64,000 bases of DNA from positions 4,064,001 through 4,128,000 of the forward strand of contig CP170459.1 in assembly GCA_047947115.1 (NCBI GenBank), written 5' to 3'. How positions within the stretch are numbered: the stretch's first letter is position 1; each line of letters opens with the position of its first letter. Source of the DNA: Verrucomicrobiota bacterium. GTDB lineage: Bacteria > Verrucomicrobiota > Verrucomicrobiia > Limisphaerales > AAA164-E04. Under the pieces are notes generated by a model. It saw nothing but the letters and a program-made list of their open reading frames with translations. It did not search any database and had not been told where the DNA came from. Made by a program: the position numbers and the translations under genes. This document shows positions 52,511 to 62,029 of the stretch, piece by piece.

Positions 52511-52781
52511 GCCCGTATCATGGGTGAGGAACCGTCAATTGGCAACCAGTTTGGCCAGAAGCTTTGCACTGATAAGCAAACGGTATGGGTTTCCTGGAAG
52601 CATCAAGCCTTATCAGCACTTGATCGGTCAGTCCTTTGGTTTTCTTGATCATGAGCCACATGGATATTTATTTGATTTACATGTCGAACATAACAAACGG
52701 TCTTACCAAAATCCGGTTTAAATTGTAATCGCAAAAGTGAGCGTTGGGGGTATGCTGAAGCCAAGGTTATTTCGAATCACT

Positions 52782-53507
52782 ATGTGCGCTGCTGAAAAAA
52801 AACGACGGGGCTGTTTCTTCTATGGCTGTATCGCTTCCATCATTCTGGGGCTGATCCTTTTTGTCGGCATTCCTCTGGCTCTCTTTTTTGGGTTTAATTA
52901 CGCGGTCAAAACAGTGGTCAACAACTACGCCGACGAGCAACCCATGGAACTGCCGGTGGTCGAAATGCCCCAGGAAGAAGTCCATTCACTACGGCAACGT
53001 GTTGACCAGTTCCAGCAGGCAATCGCGGACAACACACCGACTTCTCCCTTGGAACTCAGCGCCGACGAACTCAATGCGCTGATCTTCCACGATCCTCAAC
53101 TGGCCAAACTCAAGGGCAAAGCCTTTCTCGATTTCGTAGACAATAAGGTCAAAGGGCAACTGAGCATTCCGCTCTCAGACCTGAACATCGGTTCCGGCGA
53201 ATCCCTCTACCTGAATGGAACAGGCATCTTTGAGATCACCATCCAGAATGGCACCCTCTCAGCCAGACTGGATTCACTGGAGATCAAAGGCAAACCTTTG
53301 CCCACCAAGTTAAGTGGATGGTTCAAGGGTAAGAACCTCTTCAAGGACGCCCAAATGAATCCCGAAGCACAAAAGTTCATCAATCGCATCAGTCGACTTG
53401 AAATCAAAGAAGGCAAACTGATTCTGGAAAAGGATGCAACCCCGCCCCAAGCGGAAGTGGAGGATCCGGGCGCCTTTCAACAACTGGAAACCGGCGCGAC
53501 ACCTTGA
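52782..53507 (+). CDS. Hypothetical membrane-anchored protein
   Basis: KKRRGCFFYGC followed by a TM helix, then a soluble domain. Start uncertain. Confidence 0.7.
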   Translation: MCAAEKKRRGCFFYGCIASIILGLILFVGIPLALFFGFNYAVKTVVNNYADEQPMELPVVEMPQEEVHSLRQRVDQFQQAIADNTPTSPLELSADELNALIFHDPQLAKLKGKAFLDFVDNKVKGQLSIPLSDLNIGSGESLYLNGTGIFEITIQNGTLSARLDSLEIKGKPLPTKLSGWFKGKNLFKDAQMNPEAQKFINRISRLEIKEGKLILEKDATPPQAEVEDPGAFQQLETGATP

Positions 53508-53616
53508 GTGATTCACCACACCAGTGGAAATCCCTTAATAAGCTCCGATCCTCTGCGCATCAATCCCGCACATCCGGGAGGGCGTGATAATTTCAGGCGG
53601 CCATGCAAATACATCA

Positions 53617-55332
53617 TCAACGGACCAACCAGAGAAACCCTCCGATCATTGCTGCAACCGCAACCCAGGAGAGCAGGAACCCAATCACAGAAATGCGCGA
53701 AGGAACGGGTAATTCAAAATCACTACCTGCAAACCAACACCGCCGTGACGCCGGCAGGGTTCCCTTCGGTAATTGACAACTCTCGGTGATCACTTCTCCG
53801 GACCGAATTGGAGTTCGGATCAAGGCATGGAAACGATTCAATAAATCACTGTCTCTGCGAGGTGTGATCAAACTCGCCAGCACACCCGCCACAATCGCGG
53901 CTGACAGGTAAATGACAATTTGCCAAGGTTCGGAAATGCTGGATTTGGTCGCGCTATGCACTACCAGGTTCCAGTTTTTGGAAACAGGAAGTGATTGAAC
54001 CCATTCAATGATTCGCGGCTGCAAGGTCAACCACCACACAACGAAACCCGTCAGGGTGCTGACCCAGGCTCCAACCCCATTGAACCGCTTCCAAAGAAGC
54101 CCGACCCAGAAAGCAATTCCGAGCATGGGCGCTATTTTCAGCCAAGTCTTGAGTCCGGATACCACATTGGGCATCCAGAACGCGCATGCAACACCTCCCA
54201 ACACAATCATCAACGACACTACCCGTCCTACGGCGAGGTAATGTTGAGGCGTTCGTTCACGGACAAGCGGTTTATAGAGGTTTTCGGTAAAAAGCCCTGA
54301 CGCGGCAATCATCATGGAATCACACGAACTCATGACCCCTGCTAGCAACGAAGCCAGAAATAACCCCAACATGCCAGGCATGGCCTTGGGGAGAAATTCC
54401 GCGGCCATCTGCCCGTAAACCTGATCCGGCTGCACCTCAGACAAATCCATGCCCTGTTGCATATACCAGGCCACTGCAGCAATCCCTGTAACTGCCCAGG
54501 CAGCTGTACAGACACGTTTGATCAAATTGCCCACCACAAAACCAAAGCGCCCATCCATCTCGGTGCGACCTGCCGCACAAACTCCCATGATGAAGGGTTG
54601 AGCCACGATTCCGACCAATGAAAGGACAGCGAACGTTCCAATAAAAAAGGGAGTAACCCCCTCAGGAGCAACCATGGAAAGCATCCCCGGATCCTGAATG
54701 GTTTCCCGCACTCCCTGCAACCCTCCGACCGCGGACAGTACCCAGGGAAGGAGCATTACGGAAAAAAGGACCGTCAGGATGCCCTGAATATAATCCGTCA
54801 CGATAGCAGCCCCCAAACCTCCAGCCATGCCGTAAACCACAAACAACACCGCTACCACGGGCATGGCAAAGGAGGTGGAAATCGCTCCCTGGGTCCCTGA
54901 CTCAATCAGAGCTCCCGCGCCCTTAAGCAACAAACCGATTTTGACCGAAAGCCCGATCATGCCCACCAGGGCAAACAACACTGCTACACTCGAACCAAAA
55001 CGGAGCGCATACACATCAGCCGTCGTGGTGGCTCGAAACCGTCGGAAGATCGGCGCCAGCAGCCAGTAAAACGGAGTGTTGAACAACCACAACCACTGAT
55101 ACCAGATGCCGGACAAACCCTGACTAAACGTCCCTGAAGCAACCACCACCGCCTGATCCGACGCAGTCCCAGTGCCGAAGGCATGCATCATCATCATGCC
55201 CTTGCCAAACTTACGTGGCATGAAAAATTCCGACTGCTTCTGAATTCCCTTCCCTAGACGAATCCCCAACCAGGTAATCCCCAGCAAATACCCCACGATG
55301 ACCGCCCAATCCACCATTGGCATATTACCCAT
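53617..55332 (-). CDS. Sodium:solute symporter family protein
   Basis: DW.VI..YL, GG..A...TD.IQG, PG..GL.LA..LA..MSS.D; about 13 TM helices. Confidence 0.9.
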   Translation of the reverse strand: MGNMPMVDWAVIVGYLLGITWLGIRLGKGIQKQSEFFMPRKFGKGMMMMHAFGTGTASDQAVVVASGTFSQGLSGIWYQWLWLFNTPFYWLLAPIFRRFRATTTADVYALRFGSSVAVLFALVGMIGLSVKIGLLLKGAGALIESGTQGAISTSFAMPVVAVLFVVYGMAGGLGAAIVTDYIQGILTVLFSVMLLPWVLSAVGGLQGVRETIQDPGMLSMVAPEGVTPFFIGTFAVLSLVGIVAQPFIMGVCAAGRTEMDGRFGFVVGNLIKRVCTAAWAVTGIAAVAWYMQQGMDLSEVQPDQVYGQMAAEFLPKAMPGMLGLFLASLLAGVMSSCDSMMIAASGLFTENLYKPLVRERTPQHYLAVGRVVSLMIVLGGVACAFWMPNVVSGLKTWLKIAPMLGIAFWVGLLWKRFNGVGAWVSTLTGFVVWWLTLQPRIIEWVQSLPVSKNWNLVVHSATKSSISEPWQIVIYLSAAIVAGVLASLITPRRDSDLLNRFHALIRTPIRSGEVITESCQLPKGTLPASRRCWFAGSDFELPVPSRISVIGFLLSWVAVAAMIGGFLWLVR

Positions 55333-56263
55333 GATCCGTTCCTTCCCTTGATTGATGACGATACAGGGCAGCCACCGAACTGTTATCCATCTGCCCCAGT
55401 CCCAATTGTTCCGCCTGCATCAACAACTCGGCGTGCAAGGAGGTTAAAGGGACATTCAACCCCTTCGAATTCGCCTCTTCCAACATGATTTTTACATCTT
55501 TCAAGTGCTGTGAAAGTCGTGCCTGAGGTGGTTCAAAATTACCTTGCACCATGCGTTCCCCTTTGGATTCCATCACCACGGAAGCGGCAGGTGTTTGCTT
55601 GAGCACTTCCAGAGCTTTGACTGGGTCGATCCCCAGAACATCGGCAAACGCCAGCCCCTCGGCCAACACCATCCTGTGAAGCCCCAAAATCATGTTGTGA
55701 ACCAATTTGAATCGAGAGGCAGCCCCCACTGCACCCAGGTAAAACGGTTTGCTGGTCAGGTTTTGTATGAGAGGCTTCAGTGATTCGAAAACCACGGATT
55801 CGCCTCCAAAAAACATCGCCGCTTCTCCTTCCCGCATCAGTTCACTGGAACCGGCAACATTGGCTTCCAGGTAATGAACACCGACATCAGAGAGATTTGC
55901 CGACAGCTGTTCCATTTCCTCCGGCTTACCCGTCGTCGCATCCAGGACAATTTGACCGGGACAATATTCTAACAGGTTTTTCTGAACCAACTGAAGCGCT
56001 ACAGAGCTGTTCGGAAGACAGAGCACCATCACATCCGTATGGCCCAACAAATCATTGAAGGAAGCCATCACTTCAACGGCTTCCACCTGGAACGGGTTGA
56101 GATCAAAACCAGACACCTTCCAGCCACACCGAACAAGCCTATGGGCAATCGCGCTCCCCAACAAACCAACACCCACTACCCCTATCGGTTTGGTAGGCGC
56201 TGAAAGAACATCAGAGATATGCGATAACTTTGAACATTCGGTCATAACTGGAACGCTCGACAT
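55325..56263 (-). CDS. NAD(P)-dependent beta-hydroxyacid dehydrogenase family
   Basis: GVVGVGLLG, D.TT, V.GS, G..G....KLV.N, KD. Confidence 0.88.
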   Translation of the reverse strand: MSSVPVMTECSKLSHISDVLSAPTKPIGVVGVGLLGSAIAHRLVRCGWKVSGFDLNPFQVEAVEVMASFNDLLGHTDVMVLCLPNSSVALQLVQKNLLEYCPGQIVLDATTGKPEEMEQLSANLSDVGVHYLEANVAGSSELMREGEAAMFFGGESVVFESLKPLIQNLTSKPFYLGAVGAASRFKLVHNMILGLHRMVLAEGLAFADVLGIDPVKALEVLKQTPAASVVMESKGERMVQGNFEPPQARLSQHLKDVKIMLEEANSKGLNVPLTSLHAELLMQAEQLGLGQMDNSSVAALYRHQSREGTDHG

Positions 56264-56406
56264 ATAACAAAGGAATCAACCTGCCTGCAATCATAGTATT
56301 CCCGGAGTGTGACATATCTGCGTTCATTCGCGTCGTCTCCAAGTTCCCACGAATACGAAGATGCGGTTCAAGAACACTCTCTAAATCGATAACAGACTCT
56401 TTTCTG

Positions 56407-56435
56407 TTGACACTACTACCGTGGTAGTATTAGTT
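56407..56435 (+). promoter_or_regulatory. Promoter with BlaI/CopY-type palindromic operator
   Basis: TTGACA immediately followed by the perfect inverted repeat TACTACC-GT-GGTAGTA (56414-56429), just upstream of the BlaI-family gene. Confidence 0.75.
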
Positions 56436-56446
56436 CGGTCGTAGCA

Positions 56447-56851
56447 ATGAAACCAAAAGCCTCCACACCTCCTCCCCGCCGATTGGGCGACCTTCAGTTG
56501 CGCATCATGAAAATACTGTGGGAACAGGGTTCCGCCAGCGCTGGCGATGTACGTAAAGCCTTAATCCCGGTAAAAGATCTCGCCTACACCACCGTGGCCA
56601 CGATGCTTCGCAAGATGGAAGACAAGGGCTTGGTCACCCACACCACTCTGGACCGGACTTACATCTACACACCACTCGTGAAAGAAGATTCCGTTTCAAA
56701 AAGCCTGGCAGGTGAACTCCTCGACAAACTGTTCGAAGGAAATATCGCAGGTATGGTGAGCCACTTGCTCACTGCCAAGGATGTCAGTCACGAGGAACTC
56801 GAAGAACTGGAAGCATTGATTCAATCCAAAAGGAAGGAGACCAAATCATGA
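56447..56851 (+). CDS. BlaI/MecI/CopY family transcriptional repressor
   Basis: L..IM.ILW, LAYTTV.T.L..M..KG.V, Y.Y.P, LF.G. Confidence 0.93.
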   Translation: MKPKASTPPPRRLGDLQLRIMKILWEQGSASAGDVRKALIPVKDLAYTTVATMLRKMEDKGLVTHTTLDRTYIYTPLVKEDSVSKSLAGELLDKLFEGNIAGMVSHLLTAKDVSHEELEELEALIQSKRKETKS

Positions 56852-59800
56852 ATGCAGATTTTCAACTCCTGGCCCAGGAATCGGCCACTTTACTCGGTAT
56901 ACATATTACTTGGATACTTTTGTTGACTTTGGGGGCATCCCGCTGGATCCGCCACACCATCCTCAAACGCACCCTCTGGCGCAGTACGTTCGTTGCAATA
57001 TTGCTACTTTTGGGAAGCACATTCTCGGGCCTTTACCAATGGAACTGGATGTCCGGGGTCACATTACATGCCGCAGCCCCGACTTCCCAGTGGAAACCGA
57101 TGCAACTGGTCTCGGATTCTATCGCGACGACTTCCATTCAACCAGAAGCACCTGTCATCAAAATCCGAGATACCAAAGCACCTTCCGTTACGGCAACTAC
57201 GGCAACTACGGCAACTACGGCAACTACGACAACGGCATTTTTACTGCAGTTTTGGTTTCTCGGTATGGTAATCACTTTCAGTTTAATGATGATCAATGCC
57301 ATGATCTGGCGCATTCGAATATTCCGCAAGGCATCACCCGCATCCTCCCATCTCCGATATCTTTTCAAGCAGGCGGCCACATCACTGAACTACCGCGGCA
57401 CTCCACAATTGATCGAATCGCCCATAATTCGCAGTCCTTTGGTGATGGGATGTGTCAGACCGGTGATCGCATTTCCAGTTGACTATGCAAACCTTTACAA
57501 CGCGGACGAGCAACACCTGATCATGTCGCATGAAATCGCACACCTGCGTGAAAAGGATGGATGGTGGCAATGCCTGGCCAATTTGGTCTGCATGGCGGCC
57601 TGGTGGCATCCCTTGGTATGGATCGCACGTCAACGTCTGCGTCAATGCGCAGAAGAAACTGCCGACAACCTCAGCACACAAAACACAACACACCGCGAAC
57701 AACTGGCCACCTGCCTGGTGCGCATCGGTCGTGAACTCAACGCCACGCGCTGCCCCGGTGCCCTATCGATTTTTGGAGCAGGTTTCCGCTCTCAACTTGG
57801 CAAACGGGTTGAACGGCTGATCCAACACGATCCATCTTGGAACGAACGACCGAAAGGAGTCCTCTGGATATCCCTTCGTCTTGCAGCGCCCCTCCTTCTC
57901 TTCGGAGCATTGTTTTCTACCGCATCCTGGTTTGGGACTTATTCCGGATCTAGCGCATCTGATTCAATGCGACACTCCGTTGTCGGGCTGATGCTGATGG
58001 CTGAAGAGGAAGGACCTCCTTATGAGTTTCCAGATTCCAATATCACGCACACAAACAACCTCGCTACATCACAGAAGGATACCATCACCGATGACCATCC
58101 TCATCACCTGGAAAGCATATCAACGATCAACTCAAACACGGTAACCAGACTCAAATCGATCATCGTTCCTGAATTTCACATGACGACGGCCACCTCATTC
58201 TCTGGTACGAATATACTGGAAAACTTAAGAAATTTGAGAAAAACCATCATAAACTCCGACCCCTCGTGGAAAAACATCACCTTTATCTTAAGAGGAAAAA
58301 TCACCCAAGGAAATCCAGGAGCCGGAGTGGTATCGGTCAATGCTCTAGCCCATTTGAAAATGGGAGAGATGGAAGCACCAAGTTTCCTACCCGAATTTAA
58401 TCCCGGAACATTGATCCCACGGGCATCGGACTTACCCGAATCCTCCATGATATCACCCGGATCAAGCCAGGTTGCCACTTTTAGCATCAAGAACGCATCG
58501 GCCTATGACTTGTTGTTGCGCCTATTGGACTCTGAAGATGATGAAGATCATTATCATATTTTGGACAATTTCGTCGTTGTGGATATTGATCATATTGAAT
58601 CATCGGTACAGCCCAATTCACGTGTTTCGACAGGATTTGAAGGGCCACCTTCCCCCACTTTGTCTCCGAATTTCAACGCCACAGTATCACCGTTAAACGC
58701 TGCTGAAGCAGAGGCGCCAGAATTCTACACAAGGGTCTACAAAATGAATCCACCATTTTTTCTGCAACGCATCATGGCCTTGTCCGGTTCATTGAACACG
58801 TCACAAAGTCCTGGTGACTATGATATTCAAAAAACAGTTCACAAATTCATCTCCAATCTCGGCATAAAGAACATCTCAGAGACTGCAGTTTCAAGTTCCG
58901 TAGGACCGGCGCACAACGATGCGTCCGCTTTGAGAACAATACAGGACGCCAAAGCCATTTTTTATAACGATCGAAACGGTAAACTCCTTACGCGACTCAC
59001 ACTCGAGGACCATGACAAACTCGAAGCAGCACTCGCTCTTCTTCAGGACCCAGCCGAACGGAATACCAAGATCTCTATGAGCATGCATGTGGTGCAACTG
59101 AATGAAGCCGGCATCAAGACGTTGAAAGAGTTTGGATTTGATACCACCACTCAGGATTCCGGTCAATTTGAACACACCATCGATACACCCACTTTGGAAC
59201 GATTACTGTTGCGAATGAACCTTGCGCCAGGTGTCGACATGCTTCAGTCCCCTCGAATCACCGCATTAAACGGACGACAGTCCGAACTGAAAGCCCAGGA
59301 ACTGAGACGCATCGTCACTCACAATGAATCCGGCAACATCCAGACCAAAGAAGTGGCAACCGGACCATCTCTGAGCATTATTCCTCAAATACAACCCAAC
59401 GGTCAGTTGGAGATGACAGTGCATTTTGAGCTGTTGGAATTTATGGGTTACGACGACCCCGGTCCCTTTCGAATTGTATCACAAAACGGCAATACTGAAA
59501 CGACAAGCGCTTCAACGAACAAGAATCGTTCAACAATTGACGGATATAAAGAAATGATAAAAGAAATGGAATCGGCCCCCAAACGCGAGACTCCGCTTAT
59601 CATTCTGAAGTATATGCCAAACCAAATCAGACTTAAACACCTCAGCAACGAACTGGAAACCGCTCAACAATCCAAGACACAAATTGAATCAAAGGTGTCC
59701 AGGAACGCCAAAGACACCATCAACTCTCATCGAGAACTTGCCGCAGTAAACGACCTGATTTCAGCATTGCAAAAACAGATTGATCAAGAAGTCGCCAGTA

Positions 59801-60147
59801 TCAGACGGCATATCCTTGCCCAAATGGACAGTCAAGAGCTTAGCGGAGATAACGAGAACAAACCAATTGAATCAACGACCATCACAGCGTCAGGAAACGA
59901 CTCAACTGAAAACAATCCCGTCCCTTTACCGAGGTTTAATCGGCTGGAATTAACCACCAAGACCACTCTCCAATCAGGTCAAACACTGATCATGGGCGGC
60001 CTTAAATCAACCGAAACCATCAAATGGAAAAACAACATACCCGTCATGAGCAAACTCCCTCTTCTCGGAAGCATGTTTCGGCGGGAAGGCACCAGCACCA
60101 CGGAACAATACATCTACGTCCTCATCACCCCTCAAATCCTTGAGTAG
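56848..60147 (+). CDS. M56 (BlaR1-like) metallopeptidase fused to a C-terminal secretin domain
   Basis: SP.V.G...P.I..P, HEIAH...D, WWHPLVW, E..AD, L..R...L. C-terminus has SPRITALNG, GQTLIMGGL, IPV..KLPLLG.MFR and LITP.I. ATGA overlap with the BlaI gene. Confidence 0.88.
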   Translation: MNADFQLLAQESATLLGIHITWILLLTLGASRWIRHTILKRTLWRSTFVAILLLLGSTFSGLYQWNWMSGVTLHAAAPTSQWKPMQLVSDSIATTSIQPEAPVIKIRDTKAPSVTATTATTATTATTTTAFLLQFWFLGMVITFSLMMINAMIWRIRIFRKASPASSHLRYLFKQAATSLNYRGTPQLIESPIIRSPLVMGCVRPVIAFPVDYANLYNADEQHLIMSHEIAHLREKDGWWQCLANLVCMAAWWHPLVWIARQRLRQCAEETADNLSTQNTTHREQLATCLVRIGRELNATRCPGALSIFGAGFRSQLGKRVERLIQHDPSWNERPKGVLWISLRLAAPLLLFGALFSTASWFGTYSGSSASDSMRHSVVGLMLMAEEEGPPYEFPDSNITHTNNLATSQKDTITDDHPHHLESISTINSNTVTRLKSIIVPEFHMTTATSFSGTNILENLRNLRKTIINSDPSWKNITFILRGKITQGNPGAGVVSVNALAHLKMGEMEAPSFLPEFNPGTLIPRASDLPESSMISPGSSQVATFSIKNASAYDLLLRLLDSEDDEDHYHILDNFVVVDIDHIESSVQPNSRVSTGFEGPPSPTLSPNFNATVSPLNAAEAEAPEFYTRVYKMNPPFFLQRIMALSGSLNTSQSPGDYDIQKTVHKFISNLGIKNISETAVSSSVGPAHNDASALRTIQDAKAIFYNDRNGKLLTRLTLEDHDKLEAALALLQDPAERNTKISMSMHVVQLNEAGIKTLKEFGFDTTTQDSGQFEHTIDTPTLERLLLRMNLAPGVDMLQSPRITALNGRQSELKAQELRRIVTHNESGNIQTKEVATGPSLSIIPQIQPNGQLEMTVHFELLEFMGYDDPGPFRIVSQNGNTETTSASTNKNRSTIDGYKEMIKEMESAPKRETPLIILKYMPNQIRLKHLSNELETAQQSKTQIESKVSRNAKDTINSHRELAAVNDLISALQKQIDQEVASIRRHILAQMDSQELSGDNENKPIESTTITASGNDSTENNPVPLPRFNRLELTTKTTLQSGQTLIMGGLKSTETIKWKNNIPVMSKLPLLGSMFRREGTSTTEQYIYVLITPQILE
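57190..57225 (+). repeat. In-frame 9-bp tandem repeat (ACGGCAACT)x4
   Basis: Read directly; encodes (TAT)4 in the linker before the M56 TM helix. Confidence 0.9.
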
Positions 60148-60349
60148 CCGCATTCGCCAGAATGTGGCCCCCGAGCTAACCACGCTGGCAAGCGCAACTA
60201 CAACAGTAGCCGCATTCGCCAGAATGTGGCCCCCGAGCTAAACCACGCTGGCAAGCGCAACTACAACAGTAGCCGCATTCGCCAGAATGTGGCCACCACG
60301 CCCAACGCATCCCTTCCCTGCAACACCACGCTTTGACAAATGCGGCTAC
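60144..60349. repeat. GTAG-family REP doublet (REPIN/BIME-like) array
   Basis: GTAGCCGCATTCGCCAGAATGTGG at 60144, 60206 and 60269, each closed by an inverted degenerate copy ending CTAC. Units 1 and 2 are 62/63-bp near-identical copies. Confidence 0.85.
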
Positions 60350-60364
60350 GGTGTTATGCCGCTA

Positions 60365-61957
60365 TCAATCCTGATGCATTCGCTGGCGTTTGGGTGTTTG
60401 ATTCTTTGAGGCTGCCTGATTTGCCGCCTGCTGAACAGCTGCCTCCAAATAAGGTCGAAGGCAAATCGGTTGATCACTGCGGCCGGTTCGTTGATAATCC
60501 GTCCAAAGTGTTTCAGCAACAGGTTGGGGATCCAGCCTCATCTGTTTGGTCAGGTATTGAAACACGTAGGCAACCAATTTGGTGAGAGCGATCCCGTGCC
60601 GGTTTCCTGTCGTCCCGTAAAGCCAGTCGCTGAAGGCCATGAAGGCATCAAAAGGATCTTGTGTCGTGCTCCAAATCAGCGGAACCGTGCCAATGAAATT
60701 TCCACTGTTGCCAACAAGATCCCAATATCTGGCAAATCGCTTGATGCGCTGCAGGCCTTCAAAACCGAGGTGCTCGTTCTTTAATATTTCGTAAGGTGGG
60801 TTTTCATCATAAACCATGTTGAATGCCTGGTCATGACGTACAATCGGCGTGCCCCTCAGGCGCTTCAAGATCCCGATCTGAATTTCATGGGGATTCAGTT
60901 CGATGAGTTGATTGAACCCATGTCCGAATGATTCCAAGTCTTCTCCGGGCAATCCGGCGATCAAATCGACATGCAGATGGACACCGGTTTCCTGACGTAA
61001 GAACCGGATGTTATCCCTGGTTTTATCGAGGTTCTGACGACGACTGATGTTGTTGGAAACCTCATCGTTGAAAGTCTGGATACCTATCTCAAACTGGACT
61101 GATCCTTTGGGGAATTTTTGAATCAAGCCCCTAAGCGCCTCCGGCAAACGATCGGGAATCATTTCAAAATGCAGAAACAATCCGGGTTCGTAAAGTTCCA
61201 GGAAGCTTTGCAGAATGGTCGAACCAGTCTTGATGTTCAAATTGAACGTCCGATCAACAAACTTGAAATGCCGGACGCCTCGATCAAACAGCGCCTTCAT
61301 GGACTGCATGAAGCAATCAAGTTCAAAAGCGCGGACCGGAACATCCAAAGACGATAGACAGAACTCACACGTAAATGGACATCCCCTGGAGGCTTCCACA
61401 TATATGATGCGGTTGCTTACATCGTCATCGTTGTATTGGTCATAAGGCAGTTGAATTTCACTCAATGTGGGGGTGGGCGAGTGGATGATTTGTGGCCTGT
61501 TGCCAGTCACAACCTGCGATCCTGATATCAAATCCCGACAAAGTTGACGAAATGTTAAATCCGCTTCACCCGTCAGGACAAAATCCACACCATTCAGCCA
61601 CTTTTGGGAAGCGGTTTCATAACTGACTTCGGGCCCCCCGAGCACGATCTGAATGGTCGGCCGGATTTTTTTAAGCAGTTGCACGAGGTGACGCACCTGC
61701 GACACATTCCAGATATATACCCCTATGCCGACGATATCCGGCGCGTGGCTGAGAATACGCTCGGCAATATCAACGATGCGCTGGTTAATATCAAACTCAA
61801 CGATACTTGCCTGATCCTGCAGTTCTTGCAGATTGGCATATAAATATCTGAGACCAAAGGACGCATGGATGTATTTGGCATTGATTCCGACCAAAAGAAT
61901 GCTTTTGGAGCCAGTCTGGTCAAGGCAGACCCCGATCGATGGTTGATCCAGTGTCAT
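60365..61957 (-). CDS. B12-binding-domain radical SAM protein (DUF4080-type)
   Basis: INAKYIH, YIWN, LGGPEVS, GE.D, E.SRGCPF.CEFCLS, F.DRTFN, DLIAGLPGE. Confidence 0.9.
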   Translation of the reverse strand: MTLDQPSIGVCLDQTGSKSILLVGINAKYIHASFGLRYLYANLQELQDQASIVEFDINQRIVDIAERILSHAPDIVGIGVYIWNVSQVRHLVQLLKKIRPTIQIVLGGPEVSYETASQKWLNGVDFVLTGEADLTFRQLCRDLISGSQVVTGNRPQIIHSPTPTLSEIQLPYDQYNDDDVSNRIIYVEASRGCPFTCEFCLSSLDVPVRAFELDCFMQSMKALFDRGVRHFKFVDRTFNLNIKTGSTILQSFLELYEPGLFLHFEMIPDRLPEALRGLIQKFPKGSVQFEIGIQTFNDEVSNNISRRQNLDKTRDNIRFLRQETGVHLHVDLIAGLPGEDLESFGHGFNQLIELNPHEIQIGILKRLRGTPIVRHDQAFNMVYDENPPYEILKNEHLGFEGLQRIKRFARYWDLVGNSGNFIGTVPLIWSTTQDPFDAFMAFSDWLYGTTGNRHGIALTKLVAYVFQYLTKQMRLDPQPVAETLWTDYQRTGRSDQPICLRPYLEAAVQQAANQAASKNQTPKRQRMHQD

Positions 61958-62029
61958 GGCAATTTCCTGAGGACGCGTTTGTTGAGCTTAAAATGTAATC
62001 ACGAAAATGGGGACAACAAACGAAACCTC

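Noticed and set aside
56316..56365. Weak imperfect palindrome upstream of the BlaI promoter
   Set aside because: Pairing is short and interrupted, and it is single-copy in the window.
56910..57482. Alternate-frame ORF with YGN repeats
   Set aside because: Out-of-frame reading of the 9-bp repeat within the M56 gene.
60144..60349. Possible CRISPR array (24-bp repeat three times with ~38-bp gaps)
   Set aside because: The first two 'spacers' are near-identical and contain inverted copies of the repeat; GTAG ends fit REPs; no cas genes or leader.
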